A stretch of 64,000 nt of DNA from Tubulanus polymorphus (taxonomy: Eukaryota > Animalia > Nemertea). Shown one piece after another: positions 14,140 through 25,850 of this stretch. A model generated the notes under the pieces. The model was not told where the DNA came from and searched no databases. It was given only the letters and a program-made list of their open reading frames with translations. Position 1 is the stretch's first letter. Each line of letters begins with the position of its first letter. A program made the position numbers and the translations under genes. Location of the stretch: assembly GCF_964204645.1 (NCBI RefSeq), contig NC_134029.1:13232850-13296849 (forward strand). The letters run 5' to 3'.

Positions 14140-14568
14140 CCGACTGATACCGGACCAGCAATAACTTCAAAAACTGATCAAGTTAACTGACTGATCTTAA
14201 TCTTGGATTAGTGAATACTGCAAATATAATGCAGTAAACCGACCTAGGTTACATTATTGTAGCCTCGGTCAGTGTATGCAGATAAATCCGCGCAAGTCAA
14301 CCGACCTAGGTTACAATATTGTAGCCTCGGTCAGTGTTCCACTGATGAATCATACATTTGCCTCAACCTAGTCTGCCAGGTTACTTATTGCTTTGTCTTT
14401 ATCCTGACCCAATCATAACCGTATTTCTTTTTTCAGCTTTACAACTGATTCCACGAATTTAATAATTCCATTTTCGAATAATAATGTGTTAATACTGAAA
14501 TAAGCCCAACGTTCATTCAAATATCCAACATCGGTGAAAGTTTGATTAATGTATACATGTACTGTAGG
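14140..14568 (-). repeat. Inverted copy of the 4375-4760 repeat
   Basis: Two units of CCGACCTAGGTTACAATATTGTAGCCTCGGTCAGTG followed by the reverse complement of 4458-4540. Confidence 0.75.
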
Positions 14569-14839
14569 TTTTCATGTTGTGTGTATATTTTGCAGTTCAA
14601 ATGGGTATGATGCTGATTCCAATGTCAAACGCATGAAGTTAGATGGTCAAAGACAGTCAACACCAAGATATCTCTCTTCGACCGATGTTGTACCATAGAA
14701 GATCTGATTCTTTCAACTCAAGGAAAGTGATTCAACACGATCGACATAACACTGGAATAGGTTTGCAGTAACTAACGGTTCATTTCGTTTAGTCCTATGT
14801 ACTTTTTAGCCAATATGGATTTGATTGTAATTGAAACTC

Positions 14840-15860
14840 TGGAACTGTTTATTACCGGTATAATAATAACAATTTGGTTAATATTACAATTTTCAGATGA
14901 TTTTACTTTTTCATTCATAAAATGTTTTCTAATTTCTGGCCACTGATCTATCATTCTCATTCCTTGACAAAATATTTTATTTGCTTTACCTTCAATAGTT
15001 ATTTCTGCCTTTGATATTTCAGGATTATAATAATTATCAACATTTATTGCACCATTAGAATATGTTGCAATTGTAAAAAATATTAATACGCCTTTAATAG
15101 ATCTTCTTGGGAAGTTAATATTCTCATTAATTATATCATCATTCGCATTAATAGTTACAATTTTAAATTTATCAATATAATCATATAATAATGAAAATCC
15201 TTGATTGTATTGAGTTTGAATTATGCTGGCAATATTTTCATCAGTTACTGTATCATTTTCTAAACATATATTCGATAATTTATAACCCATATCTTTAACA
15301 ACACTTGATAATACAATTTCATTAACAGGAGCAAATGTTATTTCGAATATAATATATTTGCATATTTATATAAAGGCGCATTATTATTTATCAATTCAAA
15401 GTCTAATGGAATTTTATATTTGCTTCCATAAATCTTTTTTATCAAATTATCTGTAGCATTAATAGTTATTATTGCATTATTAGCTTCTGATCTTAATTTA
15501 TTTTGGTTTTCTGATTGGATGCCTTGAAATATCATATTATTTCCATTTTCATTAGTTAACCATAAATCTTTATAACGCATAAATAAATTATAATCATCTA
15601 ATGAAAAAAACTGTTTCTGGTCCAATCTTTATAGTTTATTTTTTTATCAAATATCTTCCAACATTATCAACAACATAATTATTATAATGACCAGTTACTT
15701 TTGTATCAGCTGATAAATAAATACTATTTGGAACATAAAAAGTATTTTGTGTTAATCGAGGGATTCTAACATATAAAGTTTCATCGGGATTAATATTAGA
15801 AGGATTATGAGTAATTAGATGATGAGATCTTTCTGCTTTAATAGCATTAGAAATTCAAGA
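14840..15860 (-). pseudogene. Putative double jelly-roll major capsid protein, frameshifted and truncated
   Basis: N-terminal part matches 35415-35795 (ITHNPS.INPDETLYVRIP, YKDLW); continues YKIPLDFEL, YKLSNICLE, INFPRRSIKGVLIFF, YNPEISKAEITIEG; beta-rich and sits in the capsid module. Confidence 0.7.
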
Positions 15861-15906
15861 ATTCTTGAATTTGTTACACTATGTTTTATGATTATTAATT
15901 GGTTTT

Positions 15907-16212
15907 TCAATTCAGGGTTTTTGTTCTTTCTAATCTATTAATTAACTCTTTTCTTTCTGGTCTAGTTTTAATTTTTTTCTCATCGAGGGATTCTAAATAA
16001 TCTATTAATTTTTCATTTGTTTCAGTATCATCCTTAAATTCATGATAATCATATAATATAGGCCCACTAGAATCATCTTCACCTAAATTAGTATTATATG
16101 CCGATCCATAATGATTATCATTATTAGTTTCATTAAAATCAGGTTGTGGTTCATCACTTATACCAGGCTCATCTAAAGGATCCATGTCATCCAATGGAAT
16201 TTTTTCATCCAT
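15907..16212 (-). pseudogene. 5' remnant of the acidic coiled-coil membrane protein gene (homolog of 33941-35393)
   Basis: Same gene position, TAAATG start, shared SAYN.NL motif; remainder deleted. Confidence 0.6.
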
Positions 16213-16229
16213 TTATAATGAAAAATTAG

Positions 16230-17997
16230 AATATAAAATATAATATTCCTCCAATTACAATTCATATACAAGTCATAGCTAATTTAGTATTTTCATGGGA
16301 TTTATAATCATTATTAGTTTTAGTTATATCATGTTGAATAATATCAGTTTTTATATTTTCTGATGTATTGTAATCTTTTATTTTAGAATTATTATCCAAT
16401 TTAATATTCTTAGTTTTAGTTTCAGTTGATTGTATATTTTTTTAAAATTTTTTCACCTTCCATTAATTTTGTAGCAGTGATAATCATTTTATTTATATCA
16501 TTCAATCCAAACTAATTATTTATTGTTGCAGTCTTAATTAGATTATTATAACCAATTATATTTCCCATTTGTAATATTAAACCATAAGAAATAATTAATA
16601 AATTGGGCCCTATACAATAATTTAATCGTACATGTGATTTATCTAAATAATTTTGATATCTTAAAATGTTTTCTGGAATCGATATATTTTTATCATTATA
16701 AATGGAATCTTCAAATAAAACTTTAAATTGTTTCTGCGCGTCAAATGAAGTATTATCATTTCCAACTATTGGGGATCTTGTTTCAACTTGCGCACCTAAA
16801 GTACATATCAAATATATTCGAATAGATTGATTTATTCTTTGTATACCTGCTTTAGTAAAACCTTCACTATTTTCTAAAATGAAATAAACCCAACCATTAT
16901 TGTTTTCTTATTTTAAATTATCATAGAATTATTATTTTGTTATTGTTTATTATCATAATATTTTGGTAATTCATTCCAATTTAGTGTTCTTATATCTGTA
17001 CTTGTTATTATTTTACCAAATTCTTTAGTATATAATATTTAATAAAATAATTAATAGATTAGGGCCTATACAATAATTTAGTCTTACATGAGATTTATCT
17101 AAATAATTTTGATATCTTACAATTTTTTCTGGAATCGATCTATTTTTATCATTATGAATTGAATCTTCAAATAATACTTTAAATTGTTTCTGCGCATCGA
17201 ATGAAGTGTTATCATTTCCAATTATTGAGGATCTTGTTTCAGCTTGCGCACCTAAAATACAAATTAAATAAGTTCTAATAGATTGATTTATTCTTTGTAT
17301 ACCAGCTTTAGTAAAACCTTCACTATTTTCTAAAATAATAAACCCAACCATTATTATTTTGTTGTTGCATATTATTATAATATTTTGGTAATTCATTCCA
17401 ATTTAGTGTTCTTATATCTGAATTTGTCATTATTTTTCCAAATTCTTTAGTATATAATATTCCTAATCCACCCACTGTACCAATTTTTGCTCTAAAATCA
17501 TTATTTGAATTAATATTAAATTCATTACATATTTTATACAACTTTGAAAAATTAAAATTATTATTTAGTTCATTAAAATATTTTGAACCTGGTAAAGGAC
17601 ATTCTAATTCATCTAATATTAATTTTATTTGAAAATATGTATGAAATCTAAAAAGTGATAATATCAATGGTAAACTTGGTTTATTTAAATGATCATTCCA
17701 ACTTATACCATACCCTGTTGTTGCACAATAAACAGCAAAATTTAATTGGTTCTTCATATTAGATTTTAATAACCATTGTTTTGCCTCATTTAAATTTTTA
17801 AAATTAATTACGTAAATATTGAATATATTTTCCATCTTTGCATTTAAATTATTAGTTTCAGTAACATAAATATCTAAATTAATTTATGAATTTAAAACTT
17901 TATTTCTATACGAAATATATTTATTAAAATCTATTGCAGGAATATTATATTTAATTGATTTATTATATGGGAAAGCTTTTGGAAAACTATCTATCAT
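16230..17997 (-). pseudogene. Conserved element protein (NQLNFAVYCATTG motif) with C-terminal hydrophobic segment; internal tandem duplication
   Basis: Homolog of 32538-33925; ORFs 16512-16811 and 17025-17396 are duplicates of each other. Confidence 0.8.
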
Positions 17998-18019
17998 TTA
18001 TATAATTAAAAAATTAATA

Positions 18020-18617
18020 ATTAATTAATTCTTTTAATAATTTATCTTGTTCTTCAACTGTTATATGACCATTTAAACTCATTATATAATCTATATAATG
18101 TATTTTTTAGTTAATTGATTTCTTTTATATTAGTTTTAATCTAGTCTTCATTATTCTTTTTATATTTAATTTTGAACTTATTCCGGTTAATACACTTGAT
18201 GATAATCCTAGCACGCCAATTGATATAGCTAAAGATGTTAATGGTGAGAATAATGCTAGAAATGTTATAACAGAACTAATTGTTACTGAACCACTAATAA
18301 TAAAATAATATATAATTTTAGATTATAAATATTTTTTCTTTTTAACTTTTAAATCATTTTCAAATTCTAATATTTGTTTTTCAAAATATAATAATTATAA
18401 ATATATAATTATTTATTAATATAATCCATATAGTTTTGTCTTTTTTCTCTCTATTCTTCTGCTGCTTTATCTAATTTCTCTAACGCTGAATTATGTTTTT
18501 TTTTGGTTCAGTTAATGATCCATTTTTGTCAATATCCTTAAATAAATATCCCCCACCAGTAAATGCTAAAGCGTAAACAATTGCCGATCCTATAATAGTT
18601 ATAATTGCAGATGCCAT
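18020..18617 (-). pseudogene. Deleted and fused remnants of the two small membrane-protein genes (homologs of 31654 and 32096)
   Basis: MASAIITIIGSAIV start at 18617; IISGSVTISSVITFLALFSPLT downstream. Confidence 0.7.
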
Positions 18618-18641
18618 TTATTTAACAAAACAATTACGCAT

Positions 18642-18863
18642 TTATATAGGAGGAATATATTTTTGTTTTTCCAAATAATCAATAGTTAAATGAGATAAAG
18701 TAACTGCTAATGTTAATTTCAAAATAACATTTATATCAAATCTATCAACATTAACACTTCCCATTTTAAATACTTTTTTTAATACCATTGAATAACCAAC
18801 AGTTCCAACTGATAGTAATGCTCCATTATATAAACCAGTTATTATCCACTTATTATCACTCAT
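18642..18863 (-). CDS. Small hydrophobic protein (73 aa)
   Basis: Intact ORF nearly identical to 31408-31629. Confidence 0.8.
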   Translation of the reverse strand: MSDNKWIITGLYNGALLSVGTVGYSMVLKKVFKMGSVNVDRFDINVILKLTLAVTLSHLTIDYLEKQKYIPPI

Positions 18864-19203
18864 TTATTAATAAAAAAATACTATCTTCAAAATATTTAGT
18901 TATCTTAGTGATAATTATTTCAACATTTATTTCATTACTACTTTTATGATTATCATATATTTCAGTTAATATGTTTTTAATATCATCGATAATTCCATCT
19001 TCATTTAATTCATAATTTTCTAAGGGTGTTTTAATCAAATCAATTACTTTTTCTATATTATAATTTTCCTTATTAATCATTGATGCATTGTTAAATGATT
19101 TACTTTTATTATCAGTAATTACATCATTTAGTTTAATTCTCATTTCTTTTCCATGTTTAAAATCAAACCCAAAACATATACTCGGTCCAACAGTTATATT
19201 CAT
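18856..19203 (-). CDS. Hypothetical element protein (115 aa)
   Basis: Intact ORF with TAAATG start; homolog at 31049. Confidence 0.7.
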   Translation of the reverse strand: MNITVGPSICFGFDFKHGKEMRIKLNDVITDNKSKSFNNASMINKENYNIEKVIDLIKTPLENYELNEDGIIDDIKNILTEIYDNHKSSNEINVEIIITKITKYFEDSIFLLINE

Positions 19204-19220
19204 TTATGTAGTGAAAAAAA

Positions 19221-19981
19221 TTACTCTTTACATCTGATAACTAATTCATAAATTACAGGGAAATTATTTAAATCAATTAAGTATCCATTGTGATTTCTAA
19301 TTTCTAATCTAAAATTATTAAATTGAGGAATGCATGGTTTGAAATCACACTCAGCTAAATTATAGTTTATTTGAGTTCCAAATTCTTTAACATTCTTCAA
19401 TGGTAAAATATTCAATAAACCAGAACTACAAATTGTATCTTTAGTTGCTTCAAATGTCTTTGTAGGGTCAATTAAATTGCAATAGATATAAAAGTGTGTA
19501 AAAGGTATTAAGTTTGGTGTATCATCAGCATTACGTATCCTTACATCTGGGTTAATTCCTAAAATTTTAGCTAAAGGTTTTTTAACTAGAAATTGATGTT
19601 GATGATCTTCATTGCCTAATTTTATTCTTACTTTATCAGAGCTATCACTTTTAATAAGTCTTAAGCTAAATCCAGCAGATGCGCCCATTTTTTAGCGTGC
19701 TCTTTTATTAATTTCTTGTGCTAATGTTTCTAAATTATATAATCCAGGTTTAAGATAAAGATGAAACCATCTATTCTTATTTCTGTCATGAATTAAAAAG
19801 ACTCTATGTTCAATACTTTTATCCGATATATTATAAGAATTACATAAACTTACATTTACTAATTTTAAATCTACACAATTTCTAAATTCTCTCTATCTAA
19901 TTGTACTAGTAAATCATGTGATTTATAATTTGTAAGTCTTCTTGAATCAACAAATATTCTATATTATTTTAATTTTACCAT
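19221..19981 (-). pseudogene. Putative minor capsid protein (penton, single jelly-roll)
   Basis: IFVDSR at the N-terminus, FYIYCNLI, LLNILPL, and FRLEIRNHNGYLIDLNNFPVIYELVIR at the C-terminus, typical of Polinton pentons. Confidence 0.72.
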
Positions 19982-19995
19982 TTATTTTACATATT

Positions 19996-20337
19996 TTATT
20001 CGAAATCTATTTCATGGTGTCCTTTTTCATTCTTATCTTTGTATATAAAATAGAAATCACCAGAACATAATTCTTCTAAATCTTCGCTAGATAATCTATG
20101 AAATCAATCTGGTAAATATGTTCGGAATTTATATGTATTTCCTTTCAATCCTGCACATTCTAAGTGAATAACTAATTTATCTCCATATTGGTTAGTAACT
20201 GTTTCAATATTTGTAATTATATATTTCTTATGAATTGTTAGTTCTGTTAACTTCTTAAATTTATAGTCTACAGATTTGACATTTGTAGTATCTTTAATTC
20301 TATCTAAGAATTCACTCTGTATTTGTTTACTCTCCAT
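19996..20337 (-). pseudogene. Putative OB-fold ssDNA-binding protein (premature stop at 20104)
   Basis: FKKLTEL..Y.I..V.NQYG..LVIHL...YLP pattern; homolog of 29914; function is inferred. Confidence 0.5.
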
Positions 20338-20405
20338 TTTAATAACATATTTTCTATTAACATTGATTTTAGAAGTTATTCATTCATATATATAAATATT
20401 TTATG

Positions 20406-20527
20406 AGTAATAGGGAATAAGTTGTTTCGTATCAAAGGTTGAAAAGTCGAAAAATAAAGTCGAGTGTGCGAGAATTTATTTTTCGACCTTTCGACCTTTG
20501 GTATGAAACAACTTATTCCCTATTACT
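20406..20527. repeat. Terminal fold-back palindrome of element B (122 bp)
   Basis: AGTAATAGGGAATAAGTTGTTTC...GAAACAACTTATTCCCTATTACT. Confidence 0.95.
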
Positions 20528-20599
20528 ATCATATGGCAAAAATGGACTTACCGATAGATGTGTATCTTCTTTATTATCAAGTGCTGATGAGTGTAATTT

Positions 20600-21850
20600 A
20601 ATGTACCATGGGAAAAGTAGGAAAAGTAATAACTGCAAAAAACCGGTTCGCAACAGATGGTTTGGCGGGGACTGTAGAGATGCACAGAAGAAATAAGATA
20701 TAGGGGATGCCCTACCCCTTCCAATTTTGAATCCCTTTATAACTCATCTAAAAACTATAAAAAGGTTATCCGAGGAAATAAGAGAAACAAAAAGATGAAT
20801 TTATTAAGGAGTTGAGAGAATGCGAAATTAATAACCCAAAAAGTATTGGTCGATGCTAAACCCTGCTTAGTTATTCTTGCTGAGGATGAGAAATCTCTTC
20901 AGCTACACTTAGATACCTTATTTGAATATTGTGCCGCTAATGGTCTCACTGTAAACTCAGAGAAAACTAAAGTATTTGCGCGAAGTCAATCCCAGATAAA
21001 AACGATCTCGAAATTTATGTTTGGTGATCAAGAGTTAGAGGTAGTTGAAGATTATGTTTATCTCGGAGTAAAATTTAATTGGAATGGTAACTTTGCAAAA
21101 AAGTATCTTTACGATAATGCTATGAGAGCTATGTTTTCGATCGTTTAAAAAGGCCGACGTTTAAAAGTGCCCATAGATGTTATGTTTAAATTATTTGATA
21201 TGTGTGCTCCAATAGCCATGTACGGGTGTGAGATCTGGGGATACGAAAATCTTGATTCATTAGAAAATATATATATATTGCTTCTTCTGTAAAATCTTAA
21301 TGAAAGTGACGAAATATTCTCGCAACTTACAAGTATTATCAGAGCTAGGACGTTATCCTTTGAATATAGATGTTAGACGCAGGATGATTAACTTTTGGGT
21401 TAAAACAGTATCTGGAATGCAAACCAAACTTAATTCAATACTTTATAAAATATCTTTCAATTTGTTTTTAAGGGATAAATTTAAGAGCCCTTGGTTATGA
21501 TATATAAAGAAAACCTTTGATGACTGTGGTTTTTTTCCTGTATTTGGACGCAGCAATTCATGACAAACAGTAAATCTTTTTCAAAACGAATAAAACAGAT
21601 ACTCTGTGACCAGCACCTTCAACAAACCGTATCTGCCATAAATACTAATCCGATTTACGCTAACTATAGGCAATATAAAAATGACATTAGGTTAGAGAAG
21701 TATATGATTGAACTTGGTGATGACTTAGGAACTAGTTCATTTGAATTTAGGGTCGGGTCCTACATTTTACCGGTGAACAAATTTTCAAACCTTCATTTAG
21801 ACAGAGCTGATAGAATATGCCCCACTTGTAATACTCGATTACCACAGTAG
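20600..21850 (+). mobile_element. Degenerate non-LTR retrotransposon (LINE) ORF2 fragments
   Basis: RWFGGDC, LQ..LD.L..YC..NGLTVNSEKTKVF, EVVEDYVYLGV, ELGRYPL and C-terminal RICPTCN. Confidence 0.8.
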
Positions 21851-22112
21851 CACTGCGAGTAACCCATTGTATAGTTAGGCGCTTGAACTCATTTTAAAGT
21901 AATCTTCGATATCAGCTATAACCCGGACTGGATTCTATATTTCAGCCGAGATGAAAAAAACCAAAGGGCGGTTAGAGGTTCTTTTAAAGGCGCTTTTATG
22001 AACCAGCATAATCGGAATAGATTAGCTATTTGGAGTATGTAGCCGATTAGTGTCAATTATCATAACCGGGTATGTTGGTTGGTAAAAACGCCAGCCATAG
22101 AAATTATCCAAT

Positions 22113-23501
22113 ATGGCGCTGGTGCGAAATTTTAACCGAAGAAAAAAGATATTAACAATTGCATTAATATTAATGCAAGACAGCCAGTTGGCTTCGCTAC
22201 CGCAGGTTTATCTGGAGAAGCAAGTGGAGGAACTTTTGAACTATACCGCATCTGCAAATACCGTTCTTACTTATAGTGGCGATAAAACACTAATTAATTA
22301 AAATGCCAAATTAAAATGCCAGCTGAGAGTTGAAAATTACTGTCGCTACACCGTTGCTTAATATTGTGATGACGAATTTCGAGCGAGATTACGGACGTCG
22401 AAACAAACCTTTAAAGTGCTTCTTCAGTTCATGATTCTTTATATCTATGCAGAAAATGACATTCGAGATTATAAACTTACCATACAGAAGGAAAAGCAGT
22501 TATTAATTTACATACATTATGCAGCCACATCAGATCCTTTAATTAGAATTGCTGATCTGTATGGAGTATGTGAAGCAACAGTGTTCAATATTATTGGTGA
22601 GTTGTTTTAATTAATGTGCATTAAATTAATAAAAGAATATTATAACTATGCCAGTCACTAAAATGATACAATACTCGGGGTCTCATGATTGTGATTATTA
22701 TGATGTATTGCGTTTAATTATGATACTGTTATTTCAGGTTTTATTTCGTCGGTAATCGTGAATGAAGCACGTAATGGATCGAGTAATCAGGTGGCCATAA
22801 GGGGAACGTCTGACTCAGGTGATGGCTGGATTTGAAAAGAAAGCAGGATTTCCAAAAGTAATGGGTGCAGTAGATAGAACGCACATACCGATTAAAGCAC
22901 CAATCAAAAGCCCTGAATCTTGTATTAACCGGAAAAAGTTCCATTCATTAAATGCGTGCGCTGTGTGTGATGATGAATAGCGGTTCACTCATGTAAATGT
23001 TGGATGGCCTGGATCTAGCCATGACTCCAGAGTCTTTAAAAATACCGTACTGAAATTTGGCTTGCTGCTGAGGACATTGTTAAAAGGAGAATTCTATTCC
23101 CTGAGAGCTCACATCTCCTAGGAGATTCTGCTTATGAACTGAATGACTTTACTATGGTACCATTCAAAGACACTGGACATTTAACACGGAATCAAAAAGA
23201 CTATAATTACAAATATAGTGTTTCACGTGTTGCAATTGAGAATAACTTCGGAATCCTTAAAGGGAGATTTCGAAGATTAAAGTACATCGATATGCACAAT
23301 ATGGATAGACTTCTTGACTTTGTAATAAGCTGTTTTGTAATGCACAATGTGTGTCTTGCAACTGAAGATAATATCGATGAACTGTTGAGGGAGGGTCGCG
23401 GTCTTGTTGCGGATCACGATATGCTCGATATTAATGAGGCAGTTAGGCCCAGTGCAGATGGCAAAAGGCATGCCGTTGCAATTATTTTGTCTACTTTGTG
23501 A
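22113..23501 (+). pseudogene. PIF/Harbinger DDE transposase (HARBI1-like) with a probable intron at ~22598-22737
   Basis: GFPKVMGAVDRTHIPI, NRKKFHS, GWPGSSHDSRVF, LLGDSAY, RVAIENNFGILKGRFRRL; GTGAGT donor and TTTCAG acceptor. Confidence 0.88.
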
Positions 23502-25383
23502 GATTGCTGGGTTACGCACAGATCACTTACGATCATAACTGTTTAGATATATTAATTGTAATGCAGCACAGTCTGTCCTGATCAAATCTTAAAACCCCGA
23601 CAATACCTATGTTACTTGCATAACTAAGAATCCTCTAGGTCATTGTTTATTTTTCAAGAATGAATTTTTTCCCATTTTAATAATCTTTTGTTCACTTTAG
23701 TCAACACGTGATGTACCAGTATAGCATCGGTGCAGTGGATAGTAAATGATTAAAGGTTTTTCGTGCCACATGACAGGATGACTGAATACACAAGACCAAT
23801 CACGACGGTACGGAGCCGCAAATTTCAGCGACCTTGGCTGTGAAGACGTGCACTTGCTCCCGGTCAATTATGCGTATGACGTCACAATGTTCTAGAAAAC
23901 AACACGGCTTTGTCGCGTGATCTGCCTCTTAGAATCTATTTAACGCTGATGTTTTATTAAATTTTATAAAAATGAGTTCTTTAGATTTATAGCAAGATAT
24001 TGTAAAAGTAATTAAATTTGATGTTTATTTAAAAAAACTAATTAAAAACTAAATTTGTACGTCAATCAACTGCTCAAAATGGCGGAACGTCATGGATATG
24101 TGTTGTTTTCACTAGCCGAATCGAATAAATCACGTCACAAATGGCCATTCATGTTTCAGGAATTATCATCTCTATGTTCGTTGATACGGGATGTGTTCGT
24201 TTGATGGAATATAATGCCTGGAAATGTGTAATCTGTACGCTATTCAGCTGAACCACTGCGAAATGGAATCAATTCAATTCAAATTTTAGTCAACTCCTCT
24301 CAACAATAATAGGCCTAGGCCTAATGTTAATTCGTGAAAAGACTACGCCGTAAGGTGATTTTCCATAATGTTTGATGTTGAACTTACGCCCAATTCTTTA
24401 TTTATTTGGCCCGGGGTGTTTTTCTATTAGTATTGTAGGCCTACCAATTCTCAATCAAATTCCATGAACCGACTCAATTATCACGTCCTGATTGATGGGT
24501 CCGGGGTTGATATCCGGATAATATGGTGAAATTGTCACAGGAAAATTTTGATTTGGGGGCTATCCATAGCCTACACTAGGGTGCTTTTCGAAAAGTCCTT
24601 TATTGATGAAATAGTAGGCCTGCCTATTCATTCTCCATAGTAGATTTCTGCCTAGAGTCAGGCCAGAAGAATAGTTGGAAATTTAAATTCAACAATCACA
24701 AGTTTCATTTCAAGATTGTCATAGCTCAAGACATTCATTGCTTAAAGCTAGCGCAATCCATACTGAATATGTTAAGAAATTAATCATGTATGCTAATTAC
24801 ATGATGTGCTATAAATTAATGATATTCTCATCAGTGTGTATCCTTTATCGTCTTCAGAACCATTCATACTAATTCACCAAAATTAACAATTTATTTATGG
24901 CTTTCAAAGTTTATTCCAATTGTCTTCGAACTCCTGTATAAAATTCATAGATAAACCAACATGGTGAAAAATCTATAAACCATTTTTTTTTCAATTTACA
25001 GTGATTAGGCCCTAACTGATGGACCAATGGAATTTTGATGCATGTGTTGTCAAGACATTAGTAAGTAGGCTAAGCGTGGATCTATAGTGCCAAAATTGGG
25101 AGCTACCATTCTATATGTTGGGAGCCAGTTTTACCCATCCCTAGTTGAGAGGTTAGATGTCACGTCTCAAGTTAGGCCTACCATGTGCAGCAAAGATTTA
25201 CACACAGTTCAAAATATTCAATACAATTTGAGAAGTGACATTGAAATAAGTGACATTTTGGTTAGTTTGTTGGATTTTCTACTAATGGCTATCAGATCCT
25301 GACCTTGGTAGCTCATCCTCCCAAGCAGGAATTCGAACATGATGGCATCGTTACACTTAGGCACGGCACGAACCCCTGCCACA

Positions 25384-25619
25384 CTAGACCGGGTGCGCAG
25401 GTACATGCGCAGCTTTGCCGCACGAAAATAGACATACAGACAGATAGACAGACCCTAAACATTGATATTGAATTATCTGACAGTAGAGCGAGCGGGAGGG
25501 ATTAAACCCGAACATAACTCTATGGTTTAGTACCATTGAATTGCCCAATTCCCATCCACTTCACTACTGTCAGAAATACATATAGACATACAGACATATA
25601 AAGACAGACCATAAACATT
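25384..25619 (-). mobile_element. Probable 3' end of a non-autonomous Helitron-like repeat (left part of the element C target)
   Basis: Minus strand hairpin TGCGCA..TGCGCA then CCCGGTCTAG|T; CAGA-rich subrepeats; 25461-25562 recurs at ~44054-44155. Confidence 0.5.
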
Positions 25620-25771
25620 AGTAATAGGGGTTTAGTTGTTTCATACCAAAGGTCGAACGGTCGAGTGAGTAAAAAATAAAAAATAAATTCTCGCACACTC
25701 GAATTTATTTTTTATTTTTTACTCACTCGCCCCTTCAACCTTTGATATGAAACAACTAAACCCCTATTACT
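25620..25771. repeat. Left terminal fold-back palindrome of element C (152 bp)
   Basis: AGTAATAGGGGTTTAGTTGTTTC...GAAACAACTAAACCCCTATTACT. Confidence 0.95.
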
Positions 25772-25850
25772 CTTAAAATATTCATATATATGAATAAAAT
25801 ATAAATGAATAACTTCTAAAATCAATTTTAATAAAAAATTGAGTATTAAA

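Larger units (their letters stand above)
14840..20527 (-). mobile_element. Polinton-like element B: internally deleted, pPolB-less derivative carrying capsid and membrane genes
   Basis: Terminal hairpin 20406-20527 followed by SSB-like, penton, small genes, WQNQLNF-type gene and MCP in the same order as element C. Confidence 0.88.

Noticed and set aside
25218-25406. Possible displaced C-terminus of the RAG1-like transposase on the far side of element C
   Set aside because: No diagnostic motif and no clear junction, so it cannot be supported
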